Assembly (NCBI GenBank): GCA_030704615.1
Contig: CM060732.1
Coordinates: 33,728,001 to 33,792,000 of the forward strand
Length of the DNA: 64,000 bases
DNA from: Takakia lepidozioides
Lineage: Eukaryota > Plantae > Bryophyta
Direction of reading: 5' to 3'
The position numbers and the translations under genes are program-made. The notes below the pieces were generated by a model. The model ran no database searches. It was given only the letters and a program-made list of their open reading frames with translations, and was not told the origin of the DNA. Positions 1 to 11,789 of this stretch are shown piece after piece; position 1 is the first letter of the stretch, and every line of letters starts with the position of its first letter.

Positions 1-437
1 GAGTCGGACAGGTTGTGAACAACCCGGTTCTCGCTCGTCTTCATGGATGGGTTCGGCTCTGGATTTACTTCGTTGCGGACTTCTCTCTTTGAGGTAGCCA
101 CTCTCTGATTCGCGGATTGTTTCGTGGAAGGTGCCAGGATAGAAGGTGCATTTGGCGGGCAAATGAAGTCCCCAACAGCTCTGTATATGACGCTGTCCGA
201 TGGTGGAACTCGCCATTCCCTGCCATCGCCGAAATCATCGTGGAGCACAACAATACTCTCGACAACAACGCCGTATGAGTCCTTCCTTTCCTCCTCCAAA
301 AAAACCGACCCCGGTTTCAGGTGGTATCGAACGCACAGATATTTCTCCATCACCCGGCAGATGTCCCCTCTGCACGGAAATGAAGCTCTATGCTCGTGAG
401 GAGGGCAGTACACTGTAGCGCTCGGGTTTTCCGCCAT
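1..437 (-). CDS. N-terminus of MULE transposase (subfamily B), open off the window edge
   Basis: Manual translation from ATG 437: MAENPSATVYCPP..RVMEKYLCVRYHLKPGSVFLEEERKD..VVHNLSDS. Matches 31856-32168 (YLCSKFKLKPGTVYLEEERKD) and 17870 (RFQLQNGSIFLEKE..VELSDSS). Missing from the ORF track because there is no stop in the window. Confidence 0.75.
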   Translation of the reverse strand, partial: MAENPSATVYCPPHEHRASFPCRGDICRVMEKYLCVRYHLKPGSVFLEEERKDSYGVVVESIVVLHDDFGDGREWRVPPSDSVIYRAVGDFICPPNAPSILAPSTKQSANQRVATSKREVRNEVNPEPNPSMKTSENRVVHNLSD

Positions 438-689
438 GGGAGATGTGCACACAAGACTCCCAGGATGGCGTGCGGGCAAGCTCCCTGGAAGAAGGGGGAT
501 GCAGCGATGGGAAGGAATGCGGTGCCGATTTGTCCGAGCGACGAAGCCTGATCCAAATCCAGGGAGCCAACTATCTCAAAAATCCAGTCAGAGTGTTAAT
601 GAACCTTGTCTCAGGAATGCGGCCCTTGGTCTTTGCGTAATAACTGCCAACGGTATGCAGTCATAAAGTGGGGGGCCGTCCGGATGATG

Positions 690-1830
690 TCGGCTGAAGG
701 GGAGAAGCCGACACCGTGCCGTCGCATTACTACCCCCGGATGAAAATTCGGCACCGAATATCCAGCAAGGGCCGCACGAATGCAGTCGCCTCGGGCAGAG
801 AGGCCGGAACCTGTCCGACACAGAACAACCCCCGGATGGAAATTCAGCGCCGACTTTCCATTCGGATCCCCCCAAAGGAAGTCGTGTCGGGGGGTCAGGC
901 CGAAAACTGGCCGACATAAAAACCTCCCCGGATGGAAAAATGGCGCCGAATTTCCATCCGAGGCCGTTCGGATGAAGTCGGCTCGGGGGAAAGGCCGCCA
1001 CCTGGCCCTCACATTACAACCCCCGGACGGAAATTCGGCACCGAATATCCATCCGGGGAAGCCCGGATGAAGTCGCCTCGGGCGTAGAGGCCGGCGCGTG
1101 TTCGACAGAGAGCATCCCCTGGATGGAGATTCGGCGCCGAATTTCCATCCGGGCCCCAGCAAACGAAGTCATGTCGGGGGGGCAGGCCGAGAACTGGCCG
1201 ACATAAAAACCTCCCCAGATGGGAAAACAGCGCCGAATTTCCATCCGGGGCCGTTCGGATGCAGTCGGCTCGGGGGGAGAGGCCGGCACCTGGCCGTCAC
1301 ATTTCAACCCCCGGACGGAAATTCGGCACCAAATATCCAACAGGTGACGCCCGGACGAAGTCGCCTTGGGCGTAGAGGCCGGCACCTGTCCGACAGAGAC
1401 CATCCCCCGGATGGAAATTCGCCGCCGAATTTCCATCCGGGCCCCCTCAAAGGAAGTTCGGTCAGGTGGTGAGGCCCAAAACTGGACGATATAAAAACCG
1501 AACAGGATGGAAAAACGGCGCCGAATTTCCGTGCGGGGCGGTTCGGATGCAGTCGGGGAGGGGGGAGAGGCCGGCACCTGTCCGTCACATTTCAACCCCC
1601 GGACGGAAATTCGGCACCGAATATCCAACAGGTGTCGCCCGGACGAAGTCGCCTCGGGCGTAGAGGCCAGCACCTGTCCGACAGAGACCATCCCCCGGAT
1701 GGAAATTCGCCGCCGAATTTCCATCCGGGCCCCCTCAAAGGAAGTCCGGTCGGGTGGTGAGGCCCAAAACAAGAGGATATAAAAACCGAACAGGATGGAA
1801 AAACGGCGCCGAATTTCCGTCCGAGGCGAT
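690..1830. repeat. Array of GGAAATTCGGCGCCGAATTTCC-type palindromes in ~290-bp higher-order units
   Basis: The palindrome recurs about every 90-110 bp; a spacer like CGGATG(A/C)AGTCGG recurs near 970, 1256 and 1544. Confidence 0.9.
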
Positions 1831-1989
1831 TCGGATTTCCCTCTAGCAGTCAAGGATTCCATGAAAAACGTGTCTAAAAGTGGACTTCAGCCACAAAACT
1901 AAAAGTTTACTTTGTTTTTCTCCGAAAAACCAAGCGACCACGCTCAGAATTACCTCCAGGAAGGTAATTCGACGCTTCGACTTACCTGA

Positions 1990-2600
1990 TGAATGGAAAT
2001 TCGGCGCCGAATTTCCATCCGACAGCGATCCGAGTAACCTGCTGGATGGAAATTCGGCGCCGGATTTCCATCCATCCGGGCTTTGAATTACCTGCAGGCA
2101 GGAAATTCGGCACCGAATTACCATCCTGATCCGCTCCGAATTACCTGCATGACGCAAATTTTGCGCGCCGCCCTACCTGCCGGGAAATTCGGCGCTGGAT
2201 TTCCATCCATCCGCTCCGAATTACCTGCGTGGCGGAAATTTCGCGCCCCGCCCTACCCGGCAGGATGGAAATCCGGCGCCGGATTTCCATCCATCCGCTC
2301 CGAATTACCTGCGTGGCGGAAATTTCGCGCCCCGCCCTACCCGGCAGGATGGAAATCCGGCGCCGGATTTCCATCCATCCGCTCCGAATTAGCTGCTTGG
2401 CGGAAATTTTGCGCGCCGCCCTACCTGACAGGATGGAAATCCGGCGCCGGATTTCCATCCATCCGGCTCTGAATTACCTGCGTGGCGGAAATTTCGCGCG
2501 CCGACCTACCTGGCAGGATGGAAATTCGGTGCTGAATTTCCATCCTGCTGCTCTCCGAATTACCTGCATGAGGGAAATTTTGCGCGCCGCCGTACCTGGC
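1990..2600. repeat. ~84-bp tandem repeat carrying GGATGGAAATCCGGCGCCGGATTTCCATCC
   Basis: Units start near 2264, 2347 and 2431; homologous arrays at 51240-51540 (-) and 59289-59600. Confidence 0.9.
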
Positions 2601-3229
2601 GGATGGGCATTAAATGTCCACCGCCGTCTGTTTTTATTGGGCTGGCAACACATGGCTTCCTCGATACGTACCCTAAATCTGATGCTAATCTTGGATTAAC
2701 TTCTATTCGAGGCATGTACCCCAAAAAACTGAGATCTTTTTCCATTTTGGCTGGGACTTATGCCGCCTGAAGGGCGTGGCTCTCCTGAGAGAGACCTCAC
2801 ATCCAGACCACGGTGGAAGTTGAAAGCTTTGTACTACGGACGACGGCCAATCTCTCGCATGGCCAAACTTAAGCTCCAGCAGGATATTCCAATGTCTTGC
2901 TCACAACCCGCGCCAACTGAAGCCGAGTACTCTCAGGCAAGCCACTTCTGCTTTCGCTTTGTTCGCTTTCGCTTTCGCTTTGTTGTTTCGCTTTGTTTTT
3001 GCATCTTCATCCTGTTATCGCTGGAAGCATGTCATTCTTAGGCATTGGTTGGATTTGTTTTCATTGTTGTTCCATGGCACTCCATACTTCCTAAACTTGT
3101 TTTGTTTTCATTGTTGTTCCACGATTGTTGCTATGGTGGTTGTGCTGCTCGTTGCCATTCTGGTTTTGGCACCGATGTTGGTTCTGACAATTTTGGGAAT
3201 GACAGAGTGACGACGAGCCCGGCACGCTG

Positions 3230-6200
3230 GTGGTATCATCGACCGCTCCAACTCATCGCATGTTTGAATCGCCCAACTTGGGGCGAGAGGGCAAACTTCA
3301 ACCTTTTGTTGGTGGACGGGAGGACCTGCAGCGAGGGTACGACAGAATAAGCATTGGGGAGGTTGGTGCATGCAGCATGGCAGGTGAAGGACGTGAGGAC
3401 GTGAGGACAGCAGATCCGGCAATGGAGGTTGTTGATGCATATGCAGTAGGGCCCGCCTACGCAAAGAAGAAGAAGAAAGCTAAGCACATGCAATCCCCGG
3501 CGAGAGAGCCGTCACGGGCTGCGGAGGGGGGAGTGAGCAATGCGCGCGAGGGTGTTCCTTCTCCTCAATCAAAGGTGGTCGTCCTGGAGGGCTCCCCTGC
3601 TGCTAGCCCTAGTAAGAAACAGAAAGCCCGTGAGAGGGCAAAAGAACAGGCGAGACAGAAGGCTAGCCAGGAGGAAAGAGAAAAGGCCACTGAAGAGGCC
3701 AGGGGTGCCCAAATGACAGATGCCAATGTAAGCGAGGGACGCACAGAGACGGTGGATCCCTCCAAGACACCACAAGGAGGCAGTAACACACCGGTTACAC
3801 CATCGCGGACAAGAGCAGCCCCGCAATTACCCATACGGTGGAGAGTGGAGGAGAGGAAAGAACACCACAAAGAGCACGGATTGTGCAAGTTCGAGGTGAA
3901 GCCGGGGAGATGGCAGTAGAGACAAGGAGAGTGCTCGAGGTGGTTTCGCCGGTGGTTCACCATGTTGAGGAGGACGACACTGAGCTTTCTGACCAGGATG
4001 ACATCCTTCCAGACATCCCCACGCCCCAAACCCGCAACATACAGGCTGGATTTGGCGGTCCTGGTGGGCTGCCGGAGAACCCCTCTGCAGCAGACGTCAT
4101 GTCCGAGGCGGATATGAAGTTGGCCGCTGCCAAGATGTTGGAGGCAACCCACAGCAACATTGGCAAGGTGCTGGGGGGCATGGTGTACCCAGCCAAGCTT
4201 TGAATTCCCCTTTGCCGCTTGGTGTCTTTGTAGGTGGTGAGACCTGCCCTCCCAGGCGATATCGACAAGCTGAAATTCTCTTTCCGGGATGGATATCGAA
4301 TGGGGTCTGCAACGTTTTACGTTTCCATTGAGAACGACCACTGAGCTTCCCGTGCCCACACTTCCGATGAGGTGGACAAATGGGGTCCCCATTGGCAAAG
4401 GCGAAATGAGGAGTTTGAGAGATCGATTGTTACTGATCCTCTTTTCCAGCACTTGTCCGAGAAGATGTTTTACGTGTGGGACGGCAATCATCGCCTCCTG
4501 GTATGGATGGAGCAGATAGCCAAAGCCCACCCCAACGACCTCGATTGGCATTTCGCCGTGGAGTGTGTTGTGCTGAAGGTTGCGGGGCCCAAAGATCGCA
4601 GTCTTCTCAAAGCTGCAATGGCGGACATCAACTCGTAAGTTACAACGCCTCTTGCTTTTGGACCCATCCGATTGTAAGTCATTCATTGCGAATCCTCATA
4701 TTTGTTGTAAATTCCCATTTCAGAATTGTTTGATGGAAATGTGGCATTGCAGGGTGACTAAGAATGCCTTCATTGCCACCAACTTGTCCCATATGCTCTT
4801 CCGAGTGAAGGATGTCGGGAAGGAAGCAGGGTGTGCAAGAGTTTGCCAATTCGCTCAGTGCCGACCTCCTGCGCAAGTCGGAGGTAAAGGCAGATAGAAC
4901 CTGGTATAGGCTGAGCATGGACGCCATGGTGGACTACATATTTCGGGTAAAGCTCCTGACTGTTTTGTTGAGCTAATCTGTCTCTCCTCCCCAATAGAAG
5001 AAAAGTGTTGAGCAGGATCTCTAATCTTATGTGCGCATTCTTGACAGACGAAAATTCAGCAGGATTTGGCACATGCGCGGAGGTTCTACATGGAGTCAGA
5101 GGAGAAGAATCTAACCCTCCCGGCACTCGAATCGTATCTCAAAGCTGCGGAGGTGAGGGCCCGCATAAAGTACAAGTCGCGGATGGTAAAGTACGTGGCC
5201 ATAGCTGATCCCGCCCTTGGTGCCGACTTTCTGATGGAGGTGGGGAAGCACTACTCCCGTGCTCTGAAGCCCACGATGACATTGGAGAAGCTCCATCGTC
5301 TAGCCACATCCTATGTGGATGGTGCAGAATAGGTGATACATTCTTAACCAAATTGTGGTGGCAACAACTCGTTTTTGTGGTGTTTGGCGCTTACGAATAT
5401 GCTGGGTGGTTGGACAGACCCGGTGGCTCCAAATCTGGAATGGTTCCCAAAGTACAAGGGACATGTGGAGCTTCCCCAAACCGGACAAACTGTCTGACCC
5501 CACATTCAACATGTGGATGAACCGCATGACATGGTGGTTTCAGGTACTTCCCCATGCTTCGTTTGGCGCTTCTACTCTTGTAGGGGGTGGATTCATTGTA
5601 TTTTTTCAGCAATGCGATCTGATGGAGAATCTCCACAGGTGACGACGAATGTGCAAGAGCAGCTGGACACACAAGCACATCAGTTCAAGAATGGAGATTT
5701 CTCCTGCAGCAGAGAGCCTACGCGACTATGTGACGAGGTATTTTCTGCTCTACAAAACCGACCTATTCTTTCGGGAGATACCACATGCCCGCCGGAGCCA
5801 CGAGTTCACCGACCAGCCGAACGCGGACAAAGTAGCAATGCGCCTTCTGTACAGGTACATACGCGATGCCTTCCTTTCAGTCCTTGCATTTTTCGCCAAA
5901 TTTCCAAATCAGGGCTCCGAAAATGGCTAAGTCCCTAGGGTGGCTGGCCTTGAACTGGAAATTCGGCGCCATTTTTCCAGTTCTGGGCCCTATTGCCATT
6001 CTGGGACTTAGCCATTTTCGGGCCGGACCTGGGAAAATGGCGCCGAATTTCCAGTCAGGGCTCCGAAAATGGCTAAGTCCCTGGGGTGGCTGGCCCTGAA
6101 CTGGAAATTCGGCGCCATTTTTCCAGTTCTGGGCCATATTGCCCTTGTGGGACTTAGCATTTTCGGGCCGGACCTGGGAAAATGGCGCCGAATTTCCAGT

Positions 6201-9127
6201 CAGGGCTCCGAAAATGGCTAAGTCCCTTGGATGGCTGGCCCTGAACTGGAAATTCGGCGCCATTTTTCCAGTTCTGGGTCATATTGCGCTTGTGGGACTT
6301 AGCCATTTTTGGGCCGGACCTGGGAAAATGGCGCCGAATTTCCAGTCAGGGCTCCGAAAATGGCTAAGTCCCTTGGATGGCTGGCCCTGAACTGGAAATT
6401 CGGCGCCATTTTTCCAGTTCTGGGTCATATTGCGCTTGTGGGACTTAGCCATTTTTGGGCCGGACCTGGGAAAATGGCGCCGAATTTCCAGTCAGGGCTC
6501 CGAAAATGGCTAAGTCCCTAGGATGGCTGGCCCTGAACTGGAAATTCGGCGCCATTTTTCCAGTTCTAGGCCCTATTGCCGTTCTGGGACTTAGCCATCT
6601 TCGGGCCAAAGCGGGAAAAATGGCGCCGAATTTCCAGTTCAGGGCTCCCAAGATGGCTGTCCCTAGGGTGGCAGTCACCGAAAACCGAAATTCGGCGCCA
6701 TTTTTCCATTTCTAGGCCCAGTCAGATCCGCCCCAACCTGGGAAAATGGTGCCGAATTTGCAGTTCAGGGACCTCATTGTGTTTTTCATGAATGCAGGTA
6801 CTGCAAGTTCTCCCTTTTGGAGAAAGGTCATCTGTCTTTCGAGCCACCATTCTTCCTGGCATGGAGGAACCCTGGGGCTGACTCCATGTACACTGACGAT
6901 ATTGTGAAGGAGTGGCATTTGGAACATTTGCGTGATTGCCCTTGGTATGTGGACCTTCCGCCCGGCATGCTCGACCCATCCGAGTTTCAATTGAAGCTGG
7001 ATGCTGAGGCCCGACGAAACCGGGCTCCGCTGCCTCCGCTGGGTGCAAAAGAGGCAAAAGCGCTTGCGAACTCCAGGAAAGCGGCAGAGCTTGCTCAGGC
7101 AGGAATTCAGGAGAAATTGAATGAGAAGAGTAAAGGCCAAAGGAAAAGGACAAGGAAACAGGTGAGTGCAGTAACACCCAAAAAACAGAAAACCATCGGG
7201 GCATCGGAGCAGGCGCAGGAGGGGACCCAATCATGGCTTCAAAACCAGGGGTGTCTTTAGACTCTGTACCGGCAGCCCTCTTCTTGGCTTTCCCCTTCTG
7301 CTCCGCCAGAGACTTGTTGTGTGCCACCTTCTTCGCCCTGGCAGCGAGAGTGTCAAGGAAGCTCTCATTGACGCATTGGATGATGGTTGGAGGTTCTAGC
7401 TTTGGCCTGTGCGTAAACGTCACCGCCGAATACCGCCGTGTAGGCTCGCCCTCAAATGCCAACTTCTTGGCAGAGCCAGTCCCACTCCGAACTGACTTGG
7501 GAACCCGGACGACCGGTGACTGGGTAGCAGCAACAGCAGTCGCAGGACCTTGAAAAAAGTCGTCGTCCGAGTGTGAGCACGAATTGCAAGAGCACTCGGG
7601 GGGGGGGTTGAGGTGGAGAGAGCTTGCGACATGATTCTCCTCGACATTCCAGATGGGGAGCTGCTGGAGGGCCTGGATGGTGTGCCCACCTGGAACAGGT
7701 TTACTGAGGACTACTGGAAAGTCGGGTTTGGGCTGGCGGGGATGCTTCTGGATGACGGTGGATGTGTGGTTGTCTTTGCCACAAGAGGGAAGACCACAGA
7801 GAATGCGGTGGCAAGGTGGACACCGAAAAGTGTCACCCCGGTCCTCCTCAGAAAATGGTTCTGCATCAATACACAGGGGTTGCGAACAGAGGGCCAAAGT
7901 GTAAGTTATCAATCTATTGCATTCACCTCATATTGTGGTGTATCTAAACAAGATCCCGGAGTTGATCCTTATTTTGTTAGTTGTGCAGACATTGGTGTTT
8001 GAGGCATATTGCTTTGTGAAGAGAGGGTCTACGTTCAAATTCCGCAACGACGGTCGTCTTGTTGATGCCGCTGTGGACCCTGTTACCTACGATGTCCTCT
8101 ACAACTATGTGCCCCACTCCAGTATGCCGAAGGACACAAAGACAGGCAAACCGTGGCGGTACAGCCGGACCCGGAGCCCTGCTTTCATCCAAACCCTCAT
8201 GGAGACGTGCTCGGATGTCCAAGGGCGGATTCTGGACCTCACATGCGGCACGGGTAAGCCTTCACGTGCTCAGTTTGTCCCCTGGCCCGATTGCAATTGC
8301 ATGCCGCAAGCTATTAACCGCCCGCTTTGTTCCTCAGGTGCTTCAATGTGGGCAGGGACGTTGTCCGACAGGCATGTGTTCGCCTTCGAGCCAGATACTG
8401 CCCTCCACAACTCGGAACTTGCAGCGGCTGAACGTCTGCCGAAAGAGGAAGAGGCATCCTCGGAGGATGAGGAAAAATCCGAGAAGGAGCAAGGGGAGGA
8501 ACAAGTTGGGATCGAGGCCGAGGAGCCCCCGGTGTACGAGTGAGTGGTCGTATTGTAAGTTGCCTCCAGATTTGGTGAGGCACCTCCCTTCGCTCTCTTA
8601 TTTCATTGAAAACCCTTTCTGCTTCTGCTGGTATTGACATTCTTGAAGTGGATTTGTTCTTACTGTAGGATGTCAAGTACGGCAGGAGGGACGTCTACAC
8701 CGGAGTTCATGGGCAGGAGGAACGTGCCTTTTTTTGCCAGGGGGGATTTCATGCCTAGTCCAGAAAGAGACTACATCCTTCCTACTTATGCTGCCCGGCT
8801 TGCTTCGGTGTCCATTAGGAGGTGTTCGGACATAGTCGTGTACAGCAGATTTTAGACGAGGCAAGCCTCAAGAAAATGAAGATGAGGGAGGAGGCAGCAG
8901 CTATTAGAGCCCGTCGGGCTCGTAGATTTGTCTTGGATTCTGCTGAGGAAAGTTGGGGAGAAGAGGCTGAAGATTCACAGGAGGTGAGGTGGACAGTCCC
9001 CCAAGGAGAGGACGGCATTTTTGAGAGGCATAGTGGAACTGATGCATCACAGAGCTCGGAGGATGGGGGGGATGAGGGGGATGAGGAAGAAGGAGGGCCA
9101 AGTTCCTCGGAAGGTGTAGGAGAGTAG
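3230..9127 (+). pseudogene. ParB-like + amino-DNA-methyltransferase-like multi-exon gene, subfamily B
   Basis: FYVWDGNHRLL at ~4468-4500, CDMILLDIPDG at ~7625-7657, RSPAFIQTLMETCS..RILDLTCGTG / ASMWAG..RHVFAFEPD at 8170-8397. GT-AG introns include 4635-4752, 5855-6797, 8254-8337 and 8540-8668. Stops at 4201 and 4231 and an internal inversion. Start uncertain. Confidence 0.75.
5880..6760. repeat. Intronic ~146-bp tandem repeat, two palindrome variants per unit
   Basis: AGGGCTCC anchor at 5911, 6057, 6202, 6348, 6494 and 6641, inside intron 5855-6797. Confidence 0.9.
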
Positions 9128-11089
9128 TTCCCATTCCTGCTATGACAGTTAGGACACACTTGTATAGACGTGGCTTGCCACCAAATTTGCAATAAAATGT
9201 TGCATTTATTGCTATCCACATGACCCTATTTCCGTGCCTCCTAACCCTATTTCCGTGGACACTATTCGGCCCGCTCATGCTTTTTTTTTTCCCGCTCATA
9301 CTCATGCCGCTCATGAAATAGCAGCCCCCGCTTCGCGTGGCTCCGCACTCCTAGTCATGATGACTTCAACGAACACCTCGGTAAATGAGACTCAACCCAA
9401 GTTTTTGTGCTCGGGGCTTCAAACGGTCATGAATGCAATGTGATTAGGTGGAACTGGGTGTTAGTTAATAGGCTGGCCACATCTACATCATAGTAAAAGC
9501 ATAAAAATGATTCCAGCATTGCTCCAAACTGCTAGTCCTACATCTTGCAAAAGATATTGTACATATGGGGCTGGTATTGATGACTCAGGGGACGGAAAAA
9601 GAGACTTTGGGCAGGGAATATAAAATTAAAATAGATTAATAACTCGAATTATTTTGAATATTGAAATGGATCGACGGTAACCAAAAGGACATAGCACCCT
9701 ACATCTGTACCTTACAAAAGCCTCTATAACAGATCAATCACTAACGATTTTTCAAAGCATAGATGTCAATTTTCTTACAATCTTCATAGACATCTTCATG
9801 TACTAATATCAGCTAAGCATCCAACATGTCTGCATGAAGCATATAGGAGAAGAAAGATGTGCATATGTTTCAAACACACCACTACAGAAGAGGCACCTAA
9901 GAAGACCTTCACAATAAAGCCTTATCTTGTTTTGCTATGAATTCCTCTAGCGATGAATGGAAATTTGCTTGGTTTGTGGACTCCCTATGGTGGTCCTTTT
10001 GAGTCTGTGGTTATGGTGGAGGTGTCTGAATTTATCCACAGTACCAAGATCTGACTAGGCACCTTGACCGCGAGGAGTTCCGAGCATGAGAGGGGTAGCC
10101 TACATGACTGTTCGGGAAGTTGCACAATTTTGTTTTGTTTTTGAGGTCTATTTTTCAATAACCTTGCGATACACGTCCTTTCATCCATAGAGAACGACAA
10201 ACAATCATTTTTATTTATTTATTTATGCTCATTCGGCCATAGTTTTTTATATTCCATCCTTGTATGATACAACAATTATGAGAAGAAAATGTCACTTTGG
10301 GAGTAAAGCGGCCTCATAAATTATAGTTGCTTTGCAAGATCAGTCTTCTTATCCTTACAAACATCTATCTATTATAGAATTCGTCCATCATGTGTATATT
10401 TAATATATTATTATATCTGTATTTTAGATTGTACCAAAAATAGAGAAGAAGCAAAAAGTGTGGAAATGAGTATTATACATCATCACATGTCAGCATTAAA
10501 TCATATACATGTACAACAACATAATATGTAAATTGAAACGTGCTCAAAACCAAAATCATTTTTAGAATTATTCCAACGATTTTATAGAGAGAGAGAGAAG
10601 ACTCTGGCCGTAAACAGCGTAACTAAGAGCCACCTTTCGGGGCAACGTAGCTACGGCGTGAGCCCAGCCCCGTGAGCCTGGGAGCTGAGCTCACGTTGTA
10701 GCTGCAAAGCGTGAGCTGAGCTGAGCTCACGCTTCAAAGAAGCGTGAGCGGCACAAATCTGCTGGAGAAGCAGGTCCTATAGGCGAGGATTGCAAGAAGA
10801 GGGCCTATTACCGTGGACAAAACAAAGGGGGCCACCATGCACCATGTCTGCAATGCCTGCACAAAAAGAGGAATATGAAAATATGGCAGAATTGAGCTCA
10901 GAATGATTGACACACTTTATTTCAATTCACAGATAGACGCTTACAATGAATGGCATGTGCATTTGCCCTGGTTCCGTGAACAAAATGTATGTGTTTGTCC
11001 TAAATGCAAAGTCTTCACATGGTAACCTTGAAACCAGCATGGGAAGCGGGCATGGCTCGTATGTGTTCAAAGAGAATTTGGCGGAGCCC

Positions 11090-11789
11090 TACGTGAGGTG
11101 TCCCGCTGCAGAAGGGTGATGACTTCTCCGTAGCCTAGTGTGGCTTGGTGAATGAATTGGTCTCTCTTACCGTCTTAACACATAATTACAAGGTATATGT
11201 AATATTGATGCTTGCAGGGGACCCACTTCCCTCTCATGCCGAGAGCGCCCTCACGCATCGTTACAAAATCCGGACAAGTGCAAGTAGGGAAATTCCCCAC
11301 GGTAACCTGATATTCTTTGCCATGAAGAACTGAGCCAATACACAGCACTGTGTAAATCCGTCCATACCCCGGGGCAAGGACTTCGGTGATACGAGCCACC
11401 CGAGCCTGCAAAATTCTAGCCGATTCCATCTTGCATTCGTGATCTGCACCCGAAGCGACACGGCGCACTGTTTTTCCATCTCTTTTTGTTGGGTGGGAGT
11501 CGGCACCGGGTGGAGGCATTGCCGGAGCTTGTGGCACATCTGTGCCGACAGTGCACAAGGGCACCACTCGGGATCGTGCAAGACAAAACCCTCCCTCCTC
11601 CAGCATGCTTATCTCGGTTGTTGACAGCGACATCCCAAGTTTCACAGGGCAAATTGCGGGGGGAGGGGGTTTCATTATCACCGAAGGACGAACTGTTCCC
11701 TTGACGCATCGTGCCATATCGTCTGGGCAGAACCGGAACTTGTGGTCCTTTGACTCCCCACTATGATAAGGTCGGAACAACCCTGTGAA
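11090..11789 (-). pseudogene. C-terminal (Cys-rich + SWIM) part of the element D transposase
   Basis: FTGLFRPY..KFRFCPDDMARC..FPTCTCPDF..PCKH. After a premature TAA at 11175-11177 it continues in frame as DGKRDQFIHQATL..LLQRDT, like the end of the 20000-21385 exon. Confidence 0.85.
11781..11789. other. 9-bp target site duplication CCCTGTGAA (left copy)
   Basis: Identical to 22036-22044. Confidence 0.9.

Larger units (their letters stand above)
1..9329. mobile_element. MULE-like element, subfamily B (left part beyond window): transposase 5' end (-), palindrome arrays, ParB-MTase gene (+), right terminus
   Basis: Same head-to-head layout as the TSD-bounded copy at 11790-22035. Ends in CCGCTCATGAAATAGCAGCCCC (~9300-9329), similar to the terminus at 54775-54824. 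Confidence 0.75.

Noticed and set aside
690-2600. Palindromic repeats with spacers suggesting a CRISPR array
   Set aside because: Spacers are themselves repeated, there are no cas genes, and the context is eukaryotic with introns.
588-2699. Many overlapping ORFs (EIRRRISI / WKFGAEFP / GNSAPNF peptides), also at 5866-6791, 32444-33867 and 62836-63535
   Set aside because: They are by-products of stop-poor palindromic arrays, open on both strands.
2959-3210. Hydrophobic small ORF, also at 59982-60251
   Set aside because: It derives from T-rich low-complexity sequence with a non-ATG start; conservation reflects only the recent duplication.
6722-7912. 396-aa minus-strand ORF as an independent gene
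   Set aside because: It is a chimera of the inverted exon segment and antisense sequence.
9330-10640. AT-rich interval as a host gene
   Set aside because: No convincing ORF, exon pattern or RNA gene.
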